A stretch of DNA of 64,000 bases from an uncultured Candidatus Saccharibacteria bacterium (GTDB taxonomy: Bacteria > Patescibacteriota > Minisyncoccia > SW-4-49-11). The stretch spans positions 14,037 through 78,036 of the forward strand of contig CAZPCB010000001.1 in NCBI GenBank assembly GCA_964585065.1. Reading direction: 5' to 3'. The notes under the pieces were generated by a model. That model ran no database searches. It saw only the letters and a program-made list of their open reading frames with translations, and was not told where the DNA came from. A program made the translations under genes and the position numbers. Below are positions 8,946 to 19,181 of this stretch, one piece after another; position 1 is the first letter of the stretch; each line of letters starts with the position of its first letter.

Positions 8946-10433
8946 ATGAAAGAATACGAAGCAGTGATCGGGATGGAAGTACATGTCGAGTCCAAAACAA
9001 ATTCTAAAATGTTCTGCTCCTGTATAAATGGGAGAGGATTAGAAGATAAGCCTAATATTAATATTTGTCCTATTTGTACCGGTCATCCTGGAACTTTACC
9101 CGTTCCTAATCGTGAGGCTTTGGTCAAAATAACTCGATTTGGGCAAGCTTTGAATTGTAAAATTTCCGATTATACTTGGTTTGAACGTAAAAGTTATTTT
9201 TATCCCGATTTGCCAAAGGGGTATCAGATTACCCAATATGAAAGACCTATTTGTTATGAGGGAAATATTGAAATATTAACTTCTAAGGGGCCAAAATATA
9301 TTCGTATTACGCGAATTCATATGGAGGAGGATACAGGTAAATTATCTCATATTAATGGAAAAACCGTTGTAGATTATAATAGAGCTGGACTTCCTCTGAT
9401 GGAGCTTGTGACTGAGCCTGATATTCGCAATGCCGAGGAAGCAAAAATATTCTGTGAAGAATTACAATTAATATTGCGTTATCTTGATATATCCGATGGA
9501 GATATGGATAAGGGACAAATGCGTTGTGAGGTGAATATTTCTCTTCGAGAAAAGGGTACAGAAGCTTTTGGGACTAAAGTAGAAATTAAGAATTTGAATT
9601 CATTTCGCGTAGTAGAGCAGGCTATTGAATATGAAATTATTCGCCAAACAGAAGTTATATCACAAGGGGGAGGGGTAGTGCAGGAAACCAGAGGTTGGGA
9701 TGATGCGAAATCTATTACTTTTAGTCAGCGTAAAAAAGAAAATGCCCATGATTACCGGTATTTTGTGGAACCTGATATTCCACCTTTTGAGACATCTGCT
9801 ATTGTTACTGATGCCGCTTCTATTACTGCTGAACTTCCTATTGCCAAGAGAAAGCGATTCCTGGATGAATATCAATTAGCTATACAGCAGGTTGAGATTT
9901 TGGTACGAAATAAGGCTTTAGCTGATTATTTTGAGCAAACAGTATCTGAATTAAAAGCTTGGATAAAAGCTGATACAAAAGAATTTACTGCTGAGGAGAA
10001 TAGCAAATTAATCAAATTATCTGCCAATTATCTTCTCACCGAGCTTATTAAACATTATTCTGAGAAGGGGTTAACATTTGATAACTCTCCTATTAGTCCC
10101 GAGAATTATGCTGAATTTATCAAAATTGTATTTAGTGGAGAAGTATCATCCACAGGAGCTCAGACTTTATTATTGCAAATGATTGAGACAGGTTCAGACC
10201 CGAGTGATATTGTAGAATCACAAGGATTAAAGCAAGTCAATGACACGAATGCTTTGCAAGGAATTGTGGATCAAGTCATTACCGAAAACCCTAAAGTTGT
10301 GCTTGACTATCAGAATGGGAATGAAAATGTGTTACAATTCTTAATAGGGCAGGTAATGCGCTATTCTAAGGGTAGTGCTAATCCACAAATTGCAAGACAA
10401 ATTCTTCACGATACTATTACTCAGAATAAATAA
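8946..10433 (+). CDS. gatB: Asp-tRNA(Asn)/Glu-tRNA(Gln) amidotransferase subunit B
   Basis: 'YEAVIGMEVHVE', 'CPICTGHPGTLP', 'RKSYFYPDLPKGYQITQ' and a C-terminal YqeY-like domain are diagnostic of GatB. Confidence 0.9.
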   Translation: MKEYEAVIGMEVHVESKTNSKMFCSCINGRGLEDKPNINICPICTGHPGTLPVPNREALVKITRFGQALNCKISDYTWFERKSYFYPDLPKGYQITQYERPICYEGNIEILTSKGPKYIRITRIHMEEDTGKLSHINGKTVVDYNRAGLPLMELVTEPDIRNAEEAKIFCEELQLILRYLDISDGDMDKGQMRCEVNISLREKGTEAFGTKVEIKNLNSFRVVEQAIEYEIIRQTEVISQGGGVVQETRGWDDAKSITFSQRKKENAHDYRYFVEPDIPPFETSAIVTDAASITAELPIAKRKRFLDEYQLAIQQVEILVRNKALADYFEQTVSELKAWIKADTKEFTAEENSKLIKLSANYLLTELIKHYSEKGLTFDNSPISPENYAEFIKIVFSGEVSSTGAQTLLLQMIETGSDPSDIVESQGLKQVNDTNALQGIVDQVITENPKVVLDYQNGNENVLQFLIGQVMRYSKGSANPQIARQILHDTITQNK

Positions 10434-10439
10434 TCAGAT

Positions 10440-11030
10440 ATGCAGATTCAATGGCAAAATAATACGACAATTACAATCAAAGGAAAAGATTATCGCGTGA
10501 TTATCAATCCTGTTGAAGCTGAGAGTGGGAAATTTATTATACCTCAGAAAGAAAATGATTTACTGATATCTACTAAAGCCATTGATATAGACAATGTAAA
10601 GGGATTTCATATAAATGGGGCTGGGGAATATTCTTATCAGGGAGTGACTGTTCGAGTTGCTGCAATTCGGCAAATTGAAGATGAAGATAAAATTAATCTT
10701 ATTTCTCTTTCGGTGGAAAATATATTAGTAGCCATAGTATTTGGTATTAAAAAAGAATTGACTTCAGAGGATTTGGAATTCATTGGTAGTCCAGATATTC
10801 TCGTATTATCATTGAGTGAATCATTTGGGTCTGAGAAATCTTTACATCTTATTAATGCTATTGAGCCTCGTATTGTAATCCCAGTATATACACAGGATTC
10901 ACAATTACAGGGATTGGTGAGTGAATATGGGGTAAAACAAGAGCCTCAAGATGACTTTAGTATCAAAAAATCAGAGCTTCCATTCGATATTGTCGAAATC
11001 AAACCCCTTATACAGCAGATTAAATCTTAA
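10440..11030 (+). CDS. hypothetical protein
   Basis: 196-aa ORF tightly packed between gatB and gyrA. No confident family assignment. Confidence 0.4.
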   Translation: MQIQWQNNTTITIKGKDYRVIINPVEAESGKFIIPQKENDLLISTKAIDIDNVKGFHINGAGEYSYQGVTVRVAAIRQIEDEDKINLISLSVENILVAIVFGIKKELTSEDLEFIGSPDILVLSLSESFGSEKSLHLINAIEPRIVIPVYTQDSQLQGLVSEYGVKQEPQDDFSIKKSELPFDIVEIKPLIQQIKS

Positions 11031-11035
11031 AGACT

Positions 11036-13537
11036 ATGGCAGACGATACCAAAATTTCAACAATTGAGAATATAGGAAATATTGAGCTTACAGATATTGT
11101 GGCTGAAATGGAGCGCGCCTATATTGATTATTCAATGAGCGTAATTGTAGATAGAGCCCTTCCTGATGTAAGAGATGGATTAAAACCAGTTCATAGAAGA
11201 ATTCTGTATGCTATGCATGAACTTGGTTTGAGGCCAGAAGCAAAATTCCGTAAATCTGCTACCATAGTCGGAGAAGTACTCGGAAAATACCATCCTCATG
11301 GAGATACTGCTGTATATGATTCTTTGGTTCGTATGGCACAAGATTTTTCTCTGAGATATACCTTGGTAAAAGGACAAGGAAACTTTGGATCTATGGATGG
11401 TGACTCAGCCGCAGCTATGCGATATACTGAGGCAAAAATGGACAAAATTGCTCGAGAAATGCTTGTCGATATTGATAAAAAAACCGTTAATTTTATCCCC
11501 AATTATGATGGGAGTATCGAAGAACCAACCGTATTACCAGCAAGAGTTCCTAATCTTCTTATTAATGGAGGAACAGGAATTGCTGTAGGTATGGCAACTA
11601 ATATTCCTCCCCATAATTTGAAGGAAATTGTAGGAGCAACTATTGCTTTGATTGAAAATCCAGAAATTACTATTGAAGAATTATTGCATTTTGTTAAGGG
11701 ACCAGATTTCCCTACTGGAGGAGAATTATATAATATTGAAAATATTCGGCAAGTATATGCTACTGGGCGAGGACCTCTTGTTACTCGAGCTAAAGCTGAA
11801 ATTGTAGAGAGAACCAAAAAAGGAAATGCTTTTGATATTATTGTCTCAGAAATGACATATCAGACCAATAAATCTACCCTTATTGAGAAAATGGCCAATA
11901 TGGTCAGGGATAAAAAACTTGATGGTATTAAGGATATTCGAGATGAATCTGATCGTGATGGAGTAAGAGTGGTGATTGAACTCAAATCTGATGCGTATCC
12001 ACAAAAGGTACTTAATAAATTATACAAATTAACTGATTTACAAAAAACCTATCATGTTAATATGTTGGCTCTTTGTGATGGTATTGAACCAAAGACATTG
12101 TCATTAAAACAAGCCCTACAATATTATATTATTCATCGTAAGGAAGTTGTAACACGAAAAACTGAATTCGAATTACAACAGGCGAAGGATCGAGCTCATA
12201 TTTTGGAAGGACTCAAAAAAGCACTTGACTTTATTGATGAAGTTATTAGTATTATTCGAGGATCTGAGAGTAAAGAAATTGCTAAAGTAAATTTGATTAA
12301 GCGTTTTGAATTCAGTACATTGCAAGTACAGGCTATTCTAGATATGAGATTACAAACTTTGGCTGGATTAGAGCGACAAAAAATTCTTGATGAATTAGCA
12401 GAATTATTAATTCTTATTAAAGAATTAGAGTCAATTCTTGGATCAGAAGAGAGAATTTTCCAAATTATCAAAGATGATTTGAAACAAGTGTCTGAACAAT
12501 ATGGCGATGAACGAAAAACTCGTGTATTCCAAGAAGAGTTGGGAGATTTTAAAGAGACAGATTTTATCCCGAATGAAGATACTATTATTATCTTGACTAA
12601 GGATGGGTATATTAAGCGAGTAGATCCGAAAGAATATCGTTCTCAAAGGCGAGGTGGAGTAGGAATTTCTGGAGTAAAAACGCGAGAAGATGACTCAGTA
12701 TCGATTTTCCTCCATACTATTACTCATGCGAAATTACTATTCTTTACTAATGATGGAAGAGTTTTGAAATTGAAAGCCTATGAAATTCCACAAGGATCTC
12801 GTATTGCCAAAGGTCAATCTATTGTTAATTTCCTGGAACTTACCAAAGATGAGCAAATTCAATCAATTCTACCAACTGAAGATGCATCAGATAGCTTTGT
12901 ATCTATTGTAACTAAATTTGGTATCATCAAGAAAAGTGCAATGTCGGTATATGCTAATGTAAGAAAGGGTGGAATTATTGCTATTAATCTTAAGGACAAA
13001 GATAGTCTTATACAGGCAACTATTACTCATCCTGATGATGATGTGATCTTATTCACAGCTCAAGGCAAAGCTATACGATTTTCTCAAGAAGAATTGAGAC
13101 CAATGGGAAGAACAGCATCTGGGGTTAAAGCAATTACATTAAAACCTGATGACTCAGTATTATCTATGCAAACAATTCGCTCTGGAGATGAGCAAGGATG
13201 GCTCGTGATTGCAACCGCACAAGGATATGGTAAAAAAAGTAAATTAAGTCATTATAAAGTACAGCGACGAGGTGGTGGAGGAGTAAAAGTATCCAAAATA
13301 ACCACTAAAACTGGTCTTGTTATGGGAGCTCAAGTAGTAACCCCAGATAGCAAGGAGTTAATAGCCATTTCTCTTGGGGGGAATATTATTAAGCTGAATA
13401 TACAAAAAGATATTCCAACATTATCCCGAGATACTCAAGGGGTAAAAATTATGAGACTTAATAAAGACGACACTATTGCTTCAATCGCCGTGACCACTGA
13501 AGATGAAAAAGAAGAAGAGATAGAGTCATCAGAATAG
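11036..13537 (+). CDS. gyrA: DNA gyrase subunit A
   Basis: '[24 protein letters not shown]', '[10 protein letters not shown]' (active-site Tyr region) and repeated '[16 protein letters not shown]' beta-pinwheel blades. 833 aa. Confidence 0.95.
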   Translation: MADDTKISTIENIGNIELTDIVAEMERAYIDYSMSVIVDRALPDVRDGLKPVHRRILYAMHELGLRPEAKFRKSATIVGEVLGKYHPHGDTAVYDSLVRMAQDFSLRYTLVKGQGNFGSMDGDSAAAMRYTEAKMDKIAREMLVDIDKKTVNFIPNYDGSIEEPTVLPARVPNLLINGGTGIAVGMATNIPPHNLKEIVGATIALIENPEITIEELLHFVKGPDFPTGGELYNIENIRQVYATGRGPLVTRAKAEIVERTKKGNAFDIIVSEMTYQTNKSTLIEKMANMVRDKKLDGIKDIRDESDRDGVRVVIELKSDAYPQKVLNKLYKLTDLQKTYHVNMLALCDGIEPKTLSLKQALQYYIIHRKEVVTRKTEFELQQAKDRAHILEGLKKALDFIDEVISIIRGSESKEIAKVNLIKRFEFSTLQVQAILDMRLQTLAGLERQKILDELAELLILIKELESILGSEERIFQIIKDDLKQVSEQYGDERKTRVFQEELGDFKETDFIPNEDTIIILTKDGYIKRVDPKEYRSQRRGGVGISGVKTREDDSVSIFLHTITHAKLLFFTNDGRVLKLKAYEIPQGSRIAKGQSIVNFLELTKDEQIQSILPTEDASDSFVSIVTKFGIIKKSAMSVYANVRKGGIIAINLKDKDSLIQATITHPDDDVILFTAQGKAIRFSQEELRPMGRTASGVKAITLKPDDSVLSMQTIRSGDEQGWLVIATAQGYGKKSKLSHYKVQRRGGGGVKVSKITTKTGLVMGAQVVTPDSKELIAISLGGNIIKLNIQKDIPTLSRDTQGVKIMRLNKDDTIASIAVTTEDEKEEEIESSE

Positions 13538-13594
13538 TTGACGATTTATAGGAATAACTATATACTAGATACAGATATAAAATAAAATCTTATT

Positions 13595-14137
13595 ATGTTA
13601 GAAACCACTACTCGATTTCTATCACCTCGTGAAATAGTACGGCAATTCGATTTAGAAGTTGGAATGAAAATTGCTGATTTTGGATCAGGAGCCGGAGATT
13701 TTTCTATTGCCATTGCTCAATTTATTCAGCCAACTGGAAAGGTGTTTGCAATTGATGTGATGGAATCAGCTCATCAGTCTCTTAGAAGTAAATACAAAAT
13801 TCAAGGTATTACCAATATTGAACTTATTTTGACTAATTTAGAGACTGATAGTGGTTCTACTTTACCAAAAGAATCAGTAGATAGAGTCATGATACATAAT
13901 ATTCTATTTCAAGTAAATGATAAAAAACATTTGCTCAAAGAAGCTCATAAAATATTAAAGGAAAAAGGGAAATTAGTGGTAATAGAATGGGATATTTCAA
14001 GCCCAATAGGACCTCTCAAAGCATCAAGAATTCCTGAGAGAGAATTGGTTTCTCTGATACAAAATAATGGTTTTGAAATTGATCATAAAATTGATGCGGG
14101 AAAATATCATTATGGATATATATTTAAAAAATCATAA
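13595..14137 (+). CDS. class I SAM-dependent methyltransferase
   Basis: Motif I 'KIADFGSGAGDFSIAIA' and an acidic residue after beta-2 ('FAIDVME'). 180 aa. Confidence 0.7.
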   Translation: MLETTTRFLSPREIVRQFDLEVGMKIADFGSGAGDFSIAIAQFIQPTGKVFAIDVMESAHQSLRSKYKIQGITNIELILTNLETDSGSTLPKESVDRVMIHNILFQVNDKKHLLKEAHKILKEKGKLVVIEWDISSPIGPLKASRIPERELVSLIQNNGFEIDHKIDAGKYHYGYIFKKS

Positions 14138-14139
14138 AT

Positions 14140-15486
14140 ATGGCAGGGAATAATTCTCTAGATTCATTTACCAAAAATCGCAAAGTGATTATTATTGCGG
14201 GAGTAGCTATATTAGCTATTGTTATATTGATGCTTGGTAATGCACTTGGATTTAAAATTGGAGGTGAGAAAAAAGTACAAAAAGCAAATTTGGTAGTATG
14301 GGGAGTCTGGGATGAAAGCGAGACAATGACGAAATTGGGAAGTGATTTTCGTAAAACATATCCTAATGTAAGTATAGAATATCGTAAATTCAAGCCACAA
14401 GATTATGAAACAGAATTAGTGAATGCTTTAGCTGAGGGAAGAGGACCAGATATATTTGCAATAGAACATACTTGGCTCGGAAAGCATAAGAATAAATTAG
14501 CTTCAATGCCAGAAGAAATTATGACGCTTAAAGATTATCAAGATCGTTTTGTAGATGTGGTCAATCAAGACTTTATTGACGAGGGTAAAATATATGGATT
14601 TCCCCTATATACCGATACCTTAGCATTATTATATAATAAAGATGCTTTCAATGATGCAGGAATTGCAAATCCACCAGCAACTTGGGAAGAATTACAAAAA
14701 ATTGTCCCGGAATTAACTAAAATTGATCAATTTGGTAATATTAAACAGGCAGGGGTTGCACTTGGTACTGGGGATAATATAAATCGCTCACCAGATATAT
14801 TGATGGCATTAATGCTACAATCGGGAGCTCAATTTACAGACCCTAAGGATACAAGTCAAATTATATTCTCACAAAGTAAGAATGTCAATGGACAAAATAT
14901 AAATCCTGCTCAATTATCCCTGGCCTATTATACTGACTTTGCTAATCCACGAAAGGGAGTATATACCTGGAATTCAACCTTAAATAATTCAATAGATGCT
15001 TTTTATGAAAGAGAAGTAGCTATGATATTTGGATATTCATATCAGGTAGAAGCAATTAAAGTGAAAGCCCCAAGACTTAATTTTGCAGTAGCACCTCTTC
15101 CTCAAGTATCATTAGATTCTGGACTTGCTAACTTTGCAAATTATTGGGGATATGGAGTCAGCGGTCAATCCAAATACCCAAAAGAATCTTTTGCATTTCT
15201 CAAATCAGCCACCGAAAAAGAAAATGCCCAAGATTATTTCTTGAAAACTAAGCGTCCAACAGCCAGAAGAGATTTAGTAGATACTCAATCTCAAGATATA
15301 GATTATGGGGTATTTGTAAAACAAATTTTACAAGCAAAAACTTGGAGACAACCAGATAATAATTCAGTAGATAAAATATTTATTGAGGCTATTAATTCAG
15401 TAAATTCAGGATTGCTTGATTACTCAAAAGCTATTAGTCAAGCTGAATCAGAAATACAAACATTAGCTGATAATGTGAAAAAATGA
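14140..15486 (+). CDS. extracellular solute-binding protein (ABC-type, family 1, sugar-binding-like), N-terminal TM anchor
   Basis: N-terminal TM anchor, then 'LVVWGVWDE...YRKFKPQDYETELVNALAEGRGPDIFAIEHTWLGKH...YGFPLYTDTLALLYNKDAF' typical of SBP_bac_1. Its stop overlaps the next gene's ATG (ATGA). Confidence 0.7.
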   Translation: MAGNNSLDSFTKNRKVIIIAGVAILAIVILMLGNALGFKIGGEKKVQKANLVVWGVWDESETMTKLGSDFRKTYPNVSIEYRKFKPQDYETELVNALAEGRGPDIFAIEHTWLGKHKNKLASMPEEIMTLKDYQDRFVDVVNQDFIDEGKIYGFPLYTDTLALLYNKDAFNDAGIANPPATWEELQKIVPELTKIDQFGNIKQAGVALGTGDNINRSPDILMALMLQSGAQFTDPKDTSQIIFSQSKNVNGQNINPAQLSLAYYTDFANPRKGVYTWNSTLNNSIDAFYEREVAMIFGYSYQVEAIKVKAPRLNFAVAPLPQVSLDSGLANFANYWGYGVSGQSKYPKESFAFLKSATEKENAQDYFLKTKRPTARRDLVDTQSQDIDYGVFVKQILQAKTWRQPDNNSVDKIFIEAINSVNSGLLDYSKAISQAESEIQTLADNVKK

Positions 15487-16820
15487 AATATATAAAGTTC
15501 AGTATAGTTTTTGGTATAATATTCTTAGTAGTTTCATTTTTTAGTATTAACTATACTAATGCACAGAGTGCAGATGCAGCTTGTAGTGCAGGGGCAACAT
15601 CATTAGAGCAAAACTGTACTTTTCAAAATGGAAGCTCTCGTTTAAATGGAAAATGCCAGGTTAAAGATAAAAATAATCCAGGTTTAGGATTAACTTGTCG
15701 TACTAGCTTAGGATCATCCTGCTCAGGTGATACTTGTCAAAATGGATTAGCCTGTATTAATCAGGTTTGTTCCAGTCCAAGAGGGGCTAAAACTCAAGGT
15801 CAATCTTGTTCAGGGAATGGAAATGAATGTATTGCAGGTCTTGAATGTAGAAATTTTATATGTACAAAAGAAGCTGCCATTACTGGTGGAGGGTCTGGGC
15901 AAACTGGAGGTGGTCAAGTCGGTACCCCTGGAGGTGGTCAAGTCGGTACCCCTGGAGGCTCAACAGGGGCAGAAACAGGGCTAGTAAAATGTGGAGTGAG
16001 TAGAGATTGTACCATTTGTGATATATTTATTTTAATTCGAGATGTCTTTAATTTTGCTCTAGGACTACTGGCTTCACTCGCGGTATTAAGCGTTGTGATT
16101 GGGGGAGTATATATACTCACCTCAGCGGGTAATCCAGGAGCAGTAAGTACAGGATATGGCATTATTACCAATGCAGTGATTGGACTATTATTAGTCATGG
16201 CGAGTTTCCTTCTATTCAGCTTTTTATTAGTAGGACTTGGATTCCAAGAACAAAATTTCTCAGCCGTACTTACTTTTCAACCAGGAAAAATATTCGAGGT
16301 AAAATGTGATACTGCTAGTACTTTTAATGATAATGGAGGTAATGGAGGAGGAGCAGCTACAACAAATAGGGGGCCTGTCACATGTAAAAATAGTCAATGT
16401 TTAGCAAAAAACCCTCAGTTAAAAGATCAAATAGAAAAAAGTGCTGCAAAATATGGAATAGAATCAAATCTACTATTAGCTATAATTGATGAAGGTGAGG
16501 GGTGTAATCCTTCTACTACGGCTGCATGTAGTAGATCCTATAGTGATAGTGATTGTTCAGCTGGTTTTACACAATGTACTCCATTAATACGAGCTAAATT
16601 TACCGGAATAAGCGACCCAAAAGCTAGCTTAGATAAGATTAAATCTGATTTATCTACTGATATTGATTGTGGAGCTTGGCTTATTAAACAAAATGCAGGA
16701 GTTTGTCCTCTTTCAGATGTCCGAAAGGTAGCAAGCTGTTATAATGCTGGCTTATCTGGGGCATGTGGTACTCGTAATTATTGTCAGAGAGTTTCAAGTT
16801 ATTATAATGGTTGTAAATAA
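15483..16820 (+). CDS. secreted Cys-rich protein with internal TrbC/VirB2-like pilin hydrophobic hairpin and C-terminal lytic-transglycosylase-like (SLT) domain
   Basis: Signal peptide; CxxGxxC repeats ('CSGDTCQNGLACINQVCS', 'CIAGLECRNFIC'); Gly-rich tandem 'GGGQVGTP' x2. Two-helix hydrophobic segment '...LASLAVLSVVIGGVYILTSAGNPGAVSTGYGIITNAVIGLLLVMASFLL' matches the downstream small pilin-like proteins. C-terminal 'IESNLLLAIIDEGEGCNP...SAGFTQ...CYNAG' resembles SLT motifs (ES, GLMQ-like, AYNAG). Confidence 0.55.
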   Translation: MKYIKFSIVFGIIFLVVSFFSINYTNAQSADAACSAGATSLEQNCTFQNGSSRLNGKCQVKDKNNPGLGLTCRTSLGSSCSGDTCQNGLACINQVCSSPRGAKTQGQSCSGNGNECIAGLECRNFICTKEAAITGGGSGQTGGGQVGTPGGGQVGTPGGSTGAETGLVKCGVSRDCTICDIFILIRDVFNFALGLLASLAVLSVVIGGVYILTSAGNPGAVSTGYGIITNAVIGLLLVMASFLLFSFLLVGLGFQEQNFSAVLTFQPGKIFEVKCDTASTFNDNGGNGGGAATTNRGPVTCKNSQCLAKNPQLKDQIEKSAAKYGIESNLLLAIIDEGEGCNPSTTAACSRSYSDSDCSAGFTQCTPLIRAKFTGISDPKASLDKIKSDLSTDIDCGAWLIKQNAGVCPLSDVRKVASCYNAGLSGACGTRNYCQRVSSYYNGCK

Positions 16821-16833
16821 TTATAGAAATAAT

Positions 16834-17517
16834 ATGAGTTTTAAAAGTTACTTAATATCAATAATAGTATTTTGTATAGCATTGTATCCATTCAAATTTG
16901 TTAGTGCTGATAGTTTAAATATTGATTTATATTTTGATGGTAATAATATAAGATTAGATAATAAAGTAGATAATCCAATTAATTATATTAAGACTGAGGG
17001 TATTGATAAATATCAATCTGGAGGTGTAGATGATAGATATAAGTTAGAAATTGTATCTGATGGTACTGTTACATATTCACAAATTATAACACCTCCACAG
17101 ACTCCATCCCCATTTCAAGTGTTGCTTCCTAATATTAATATCGCAGACAAGGTGAAAGTTATATCTAATAATTCGATTACTTCTGAATTTGATATATCAC
17201 AATATAAGACATGTTTTAGTAATTTGATATGTGAATATGAAAAAGGAGAAAATATTAATTCCTGTCCCTCTGATTGTAATAATGATAATACTAAATTCTC
17301 AGAGGAAACTCAGAAAACTCTTCAAAAAGAAAATGGAATAATTCGGGATGAAGCGGGAACTGTATTATTGTCAACCAATACTCCTACTCCTAATACTGAC
17401 ACAAATTCAGAGACAGAACAATCCAACACATTAGGGAATATTGCTATTTTAATAGGAGGAATAGTATTCCTTGCTGGGGGACTGGGGCTATTTATTTGGA
17501 AATTAAGAAAAAGATGA
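16834..17517 (+). CDS. secreted protein with C-terminal membrane anchor (hypothetical)
   Basis: Signal peptide 'MSFKSYLISIIVFCIALYPFKFVSA', Asn/Thr-rich body, C-terminal TM plus basic tail 'IAILIGGIVFLAGGLGLFIWKLRKR'. Real ATG at 16834. Confidence 0.45.
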   Translation: MSFKSYLISIIVFCIALYPFKFVSADSLNIDLYFDGNNIRLDNKVDNPINYIKTEGIDKYQSGGVDDRYKLEIVSDGTVTYSQIITPPQTPSPFQVLLPNINIADKVKVISNNSITSEFDISQYKTCFSNLICEYEKGENINSCPSDCNNDNTKFSEETQKTLQKENGIIRDEAGTVLLSTNTPTPNTDTNSETEQSNTLGNIAILIGGIVFLAGGLGLFIWKLRKR

Positions 17518-17547
17518 TATAATTAAAAGTAATTAAATACAGATATT

Positions 17548-18195
17548 ATGAAATTTATTTTATCGACAAGTTTAGCAATTTTATTTGTAATAGGATTTAT
17601 GGGGAATACCTATAATGTCTTTGCTGCTTGTGGGACTGGTCCAGATTGTGCCTCAGGACAGGTATGTGTAACAGTAGATGGTGCTACAAAATGTTTAAAA
17701 AATGAGGCGAATAGTAGTGGTGTTTGTGCGGGGGACTCTTCTATTAAATGTGGATCTGGACAGGCATGTATTCAAAATAAAGCAAAGGAGATTGTATGTG
17801 CTCCTGTACCTAAAGCTAATACATTACAGCCAGCAGCAGATAATACAAAAAATCCAGATAGTGCAGCTAATGGAGGAGGTAACACTTCTGGGGGAGGGGG
17901 ATTATTAGAGGGACTCAATGCTTTTGGTAGTGCAGATTCTGGACTTAATACAGAGGGAACTCTCATTGGGTTTATTGCTAATATTATTCGCTGGATATTA
18001 GGATTACTTGGAACAGTATTCTTTGTAATCATAGTTTTACAAGGGTATCTTTATATGACATCTTCAGGAGATGCGAGTAAAACAGCAGCAGCTACGGGGG
18101 CTATTACTAATGCAGTAATAGGACTACTGATTATTATGGGAGCTTTCCTCATTACTAATTTTGTAACAAGTGCTTTGATTGCCGCGGGCCCTTAA
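17548..18195 (+). CDS. TrbC/VirB2-like pilin-family protein with N-terminal Cys-rich module
   Basis: Signal peptide; 'CGTGPDCASGQVCV...CGSGQACIQ' module; Gly-rich linker. Hydrophobic hairpin 'IIRWILGLLGTVFFVIIVLQGYLYMTSSGDASK...AITNAVIGLLIIMGAFLITNFV'. Confidence 0.55.
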   Translation: MKFILSTSLAILFVIGFMGNTYNVFAACGTGPDCASGQVCVTVDGATKCLKNEANSSGVCAGDSSIKCGSGQACIQNKAKEIVCAPVPKANTLQPAADNTKNPDSAANGGGNTSGGGGLLEGLNAFGSADSGLNTEGTLIGFIANIIRWILGLLGTVFFVIIVLQGYLYMTSSGDASKTAAATGAITNAVIGLLIIMGAFLITNFVTSALIAAGP

Positions 18196-18205
18196 TATCT
18201 CATAT

Positions 18206-18553
18206 ATGATAGAAAAATTTATATCTTATTTCATAATAGCAACAGCGAAAGCCCAGGAGACATCGCCTCCTCCTATATTAGCTATACCTACAGGAACAGG
18301 AGTGGGGGAGCAAGGAGATCTGTTTACTTTTGTGTCAGCTATTGTGCAATGGGGATTGGGATTAATAGGGATAGTATTATTTGTACTTATACTCTTTTCT
18401 GGATTCCAATATGCAACAGCAGGGGGCGACTCTAAAAAAACTGAAGAAGCTATTAGTAGAATTACTTCTGCAGTAATCGGAGTATTCATTGTAGGGGTGG
18501 CTTTTATACTATCCAATGCAGTATTAGGATTTGTTTTTAGTCTAGGATCTTAA
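18206..18553 (+). CDS. TrbC/VirB2-like pilin-family protein (small)
   Basis: 'IVQWGLGLIGIVLFVLILFSGFQYATAGGDSKKTEEAISRITSAVIGVFIVGVAFILSNAV' is the two-helix hairpin with a charged loop. ATG at 18206. Confidence 0.5.
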   Translation: MIEKFISYFIIATAKAQETSPPPILAIPTGTGVGEQGDLFTFVSAIVQWGLGLIGIVLFVLILFSGFQYATAGGDSKKTEEAISRITSAVIGVFIVGVAFILSNAVLGFVFSLGS

Positions 18554-18653
18554 TATACTGACTTATCCACAATAGTATCACTTGCATAGTAATATAAGAT
18601 ATGATAGTATAAAAACATAGAACATATTATTCAATAATTATTAAGATATTCTT

Positions 18654-19037
18654 ATGAATACTTCCCAGATAAAATCAATAGCAACAAGAGCATTATTACC
18701 TGTATTAGTATTAGCTCCTACTTTAGCTGGAGCTGCAACTCCCGTAAAAGATACTAGAGTCATAGGTGAAATACCTCAAGTAGCTGGTACTAATCAATCT
18801 ACTGACCTTGTGGCTACAGTACAAGTGGTTATTCAATGGGCATTAGGATTTATCGGAATTGTAATATTCATTATTTTCTTATTTGCAGGATTTGAATATG
18901 CAACAGCAGGAGGAGATGAAGGAAAAGCAAAAACTGCACAATCTCGAATGATTAACGCGGTAATTGGATTAATTATTATATTCTTTGCCTTTGTAGCTTC
19001 AAATGCAATATTGTCATTCGTATTCCCAGGAAATTAA
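18654..19037 (+). CDS. TrbC/VirB2-like pilin-family protein (small)
   Basis: Signal peptide, then 'VIQWALGFIGIVIFIIFLFAGFEYATAGGDEGKAKTAQSRMINAVIGLIIIFFAFVASNAIL'. Confidence 0.55.
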   Translation: MNTSQIKSIATRALLPVLVLAPTLAGAATPVKDTRVIGEIPQVAGTNQSTDLVATVQVVIQWALGFIGIVIFIIFLFAGFEYATAGGDEGKAKTAQSRMINAVIGLIIIFFAFVASNAILSFVFPGN

Positions 19038-19060
19038 TCAAATTGATAGATACTATGAAA

Positions 19061-19091
19061 CAATAAAAAGGGATATAATCCCTTTTTATTG
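19061..19091 (+). terminator. rho-independent terminator-like hairpin ('caataaaaagggatataatccctttttattg')
   Basis: Perfect 8-bp GC-containing stem with flanking A/T runs, directly after the 18654 gene. Confidence 0.55.
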
Positions 19092-19181
19092 TTTAGAGAA
19101 TACATATTCAAATAATATAGTATTCTTGTCAGATAATAGAATACTTGATATACTTGTAATATATAGAATAGTAAAATAGAT

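Noticed and set aside
11180-12646. Multiple 60-100-aa antisense or alternative-frame ORFs inside gyrA, and similar ones inside rpoB, rpoC, fusA, secA and the RND gene
   Set aside because: They are embedded in strongly supported long genes and are low-complexity translations, the typical shadow ORFs of AT-rich DNA.
15483-15486. Possible alternative genetic code (UGA=Gly, code 25) given the CPR-like features
   Set aside because: Genes end at TGA with classic ATGA stop/start overlaps (14140 gene into 15483 gene; the 16834 gene ends AGA-TGA). Conserved proteins (rpoB, gyrA, secA) show no in-frame TGA. The standard code fits.
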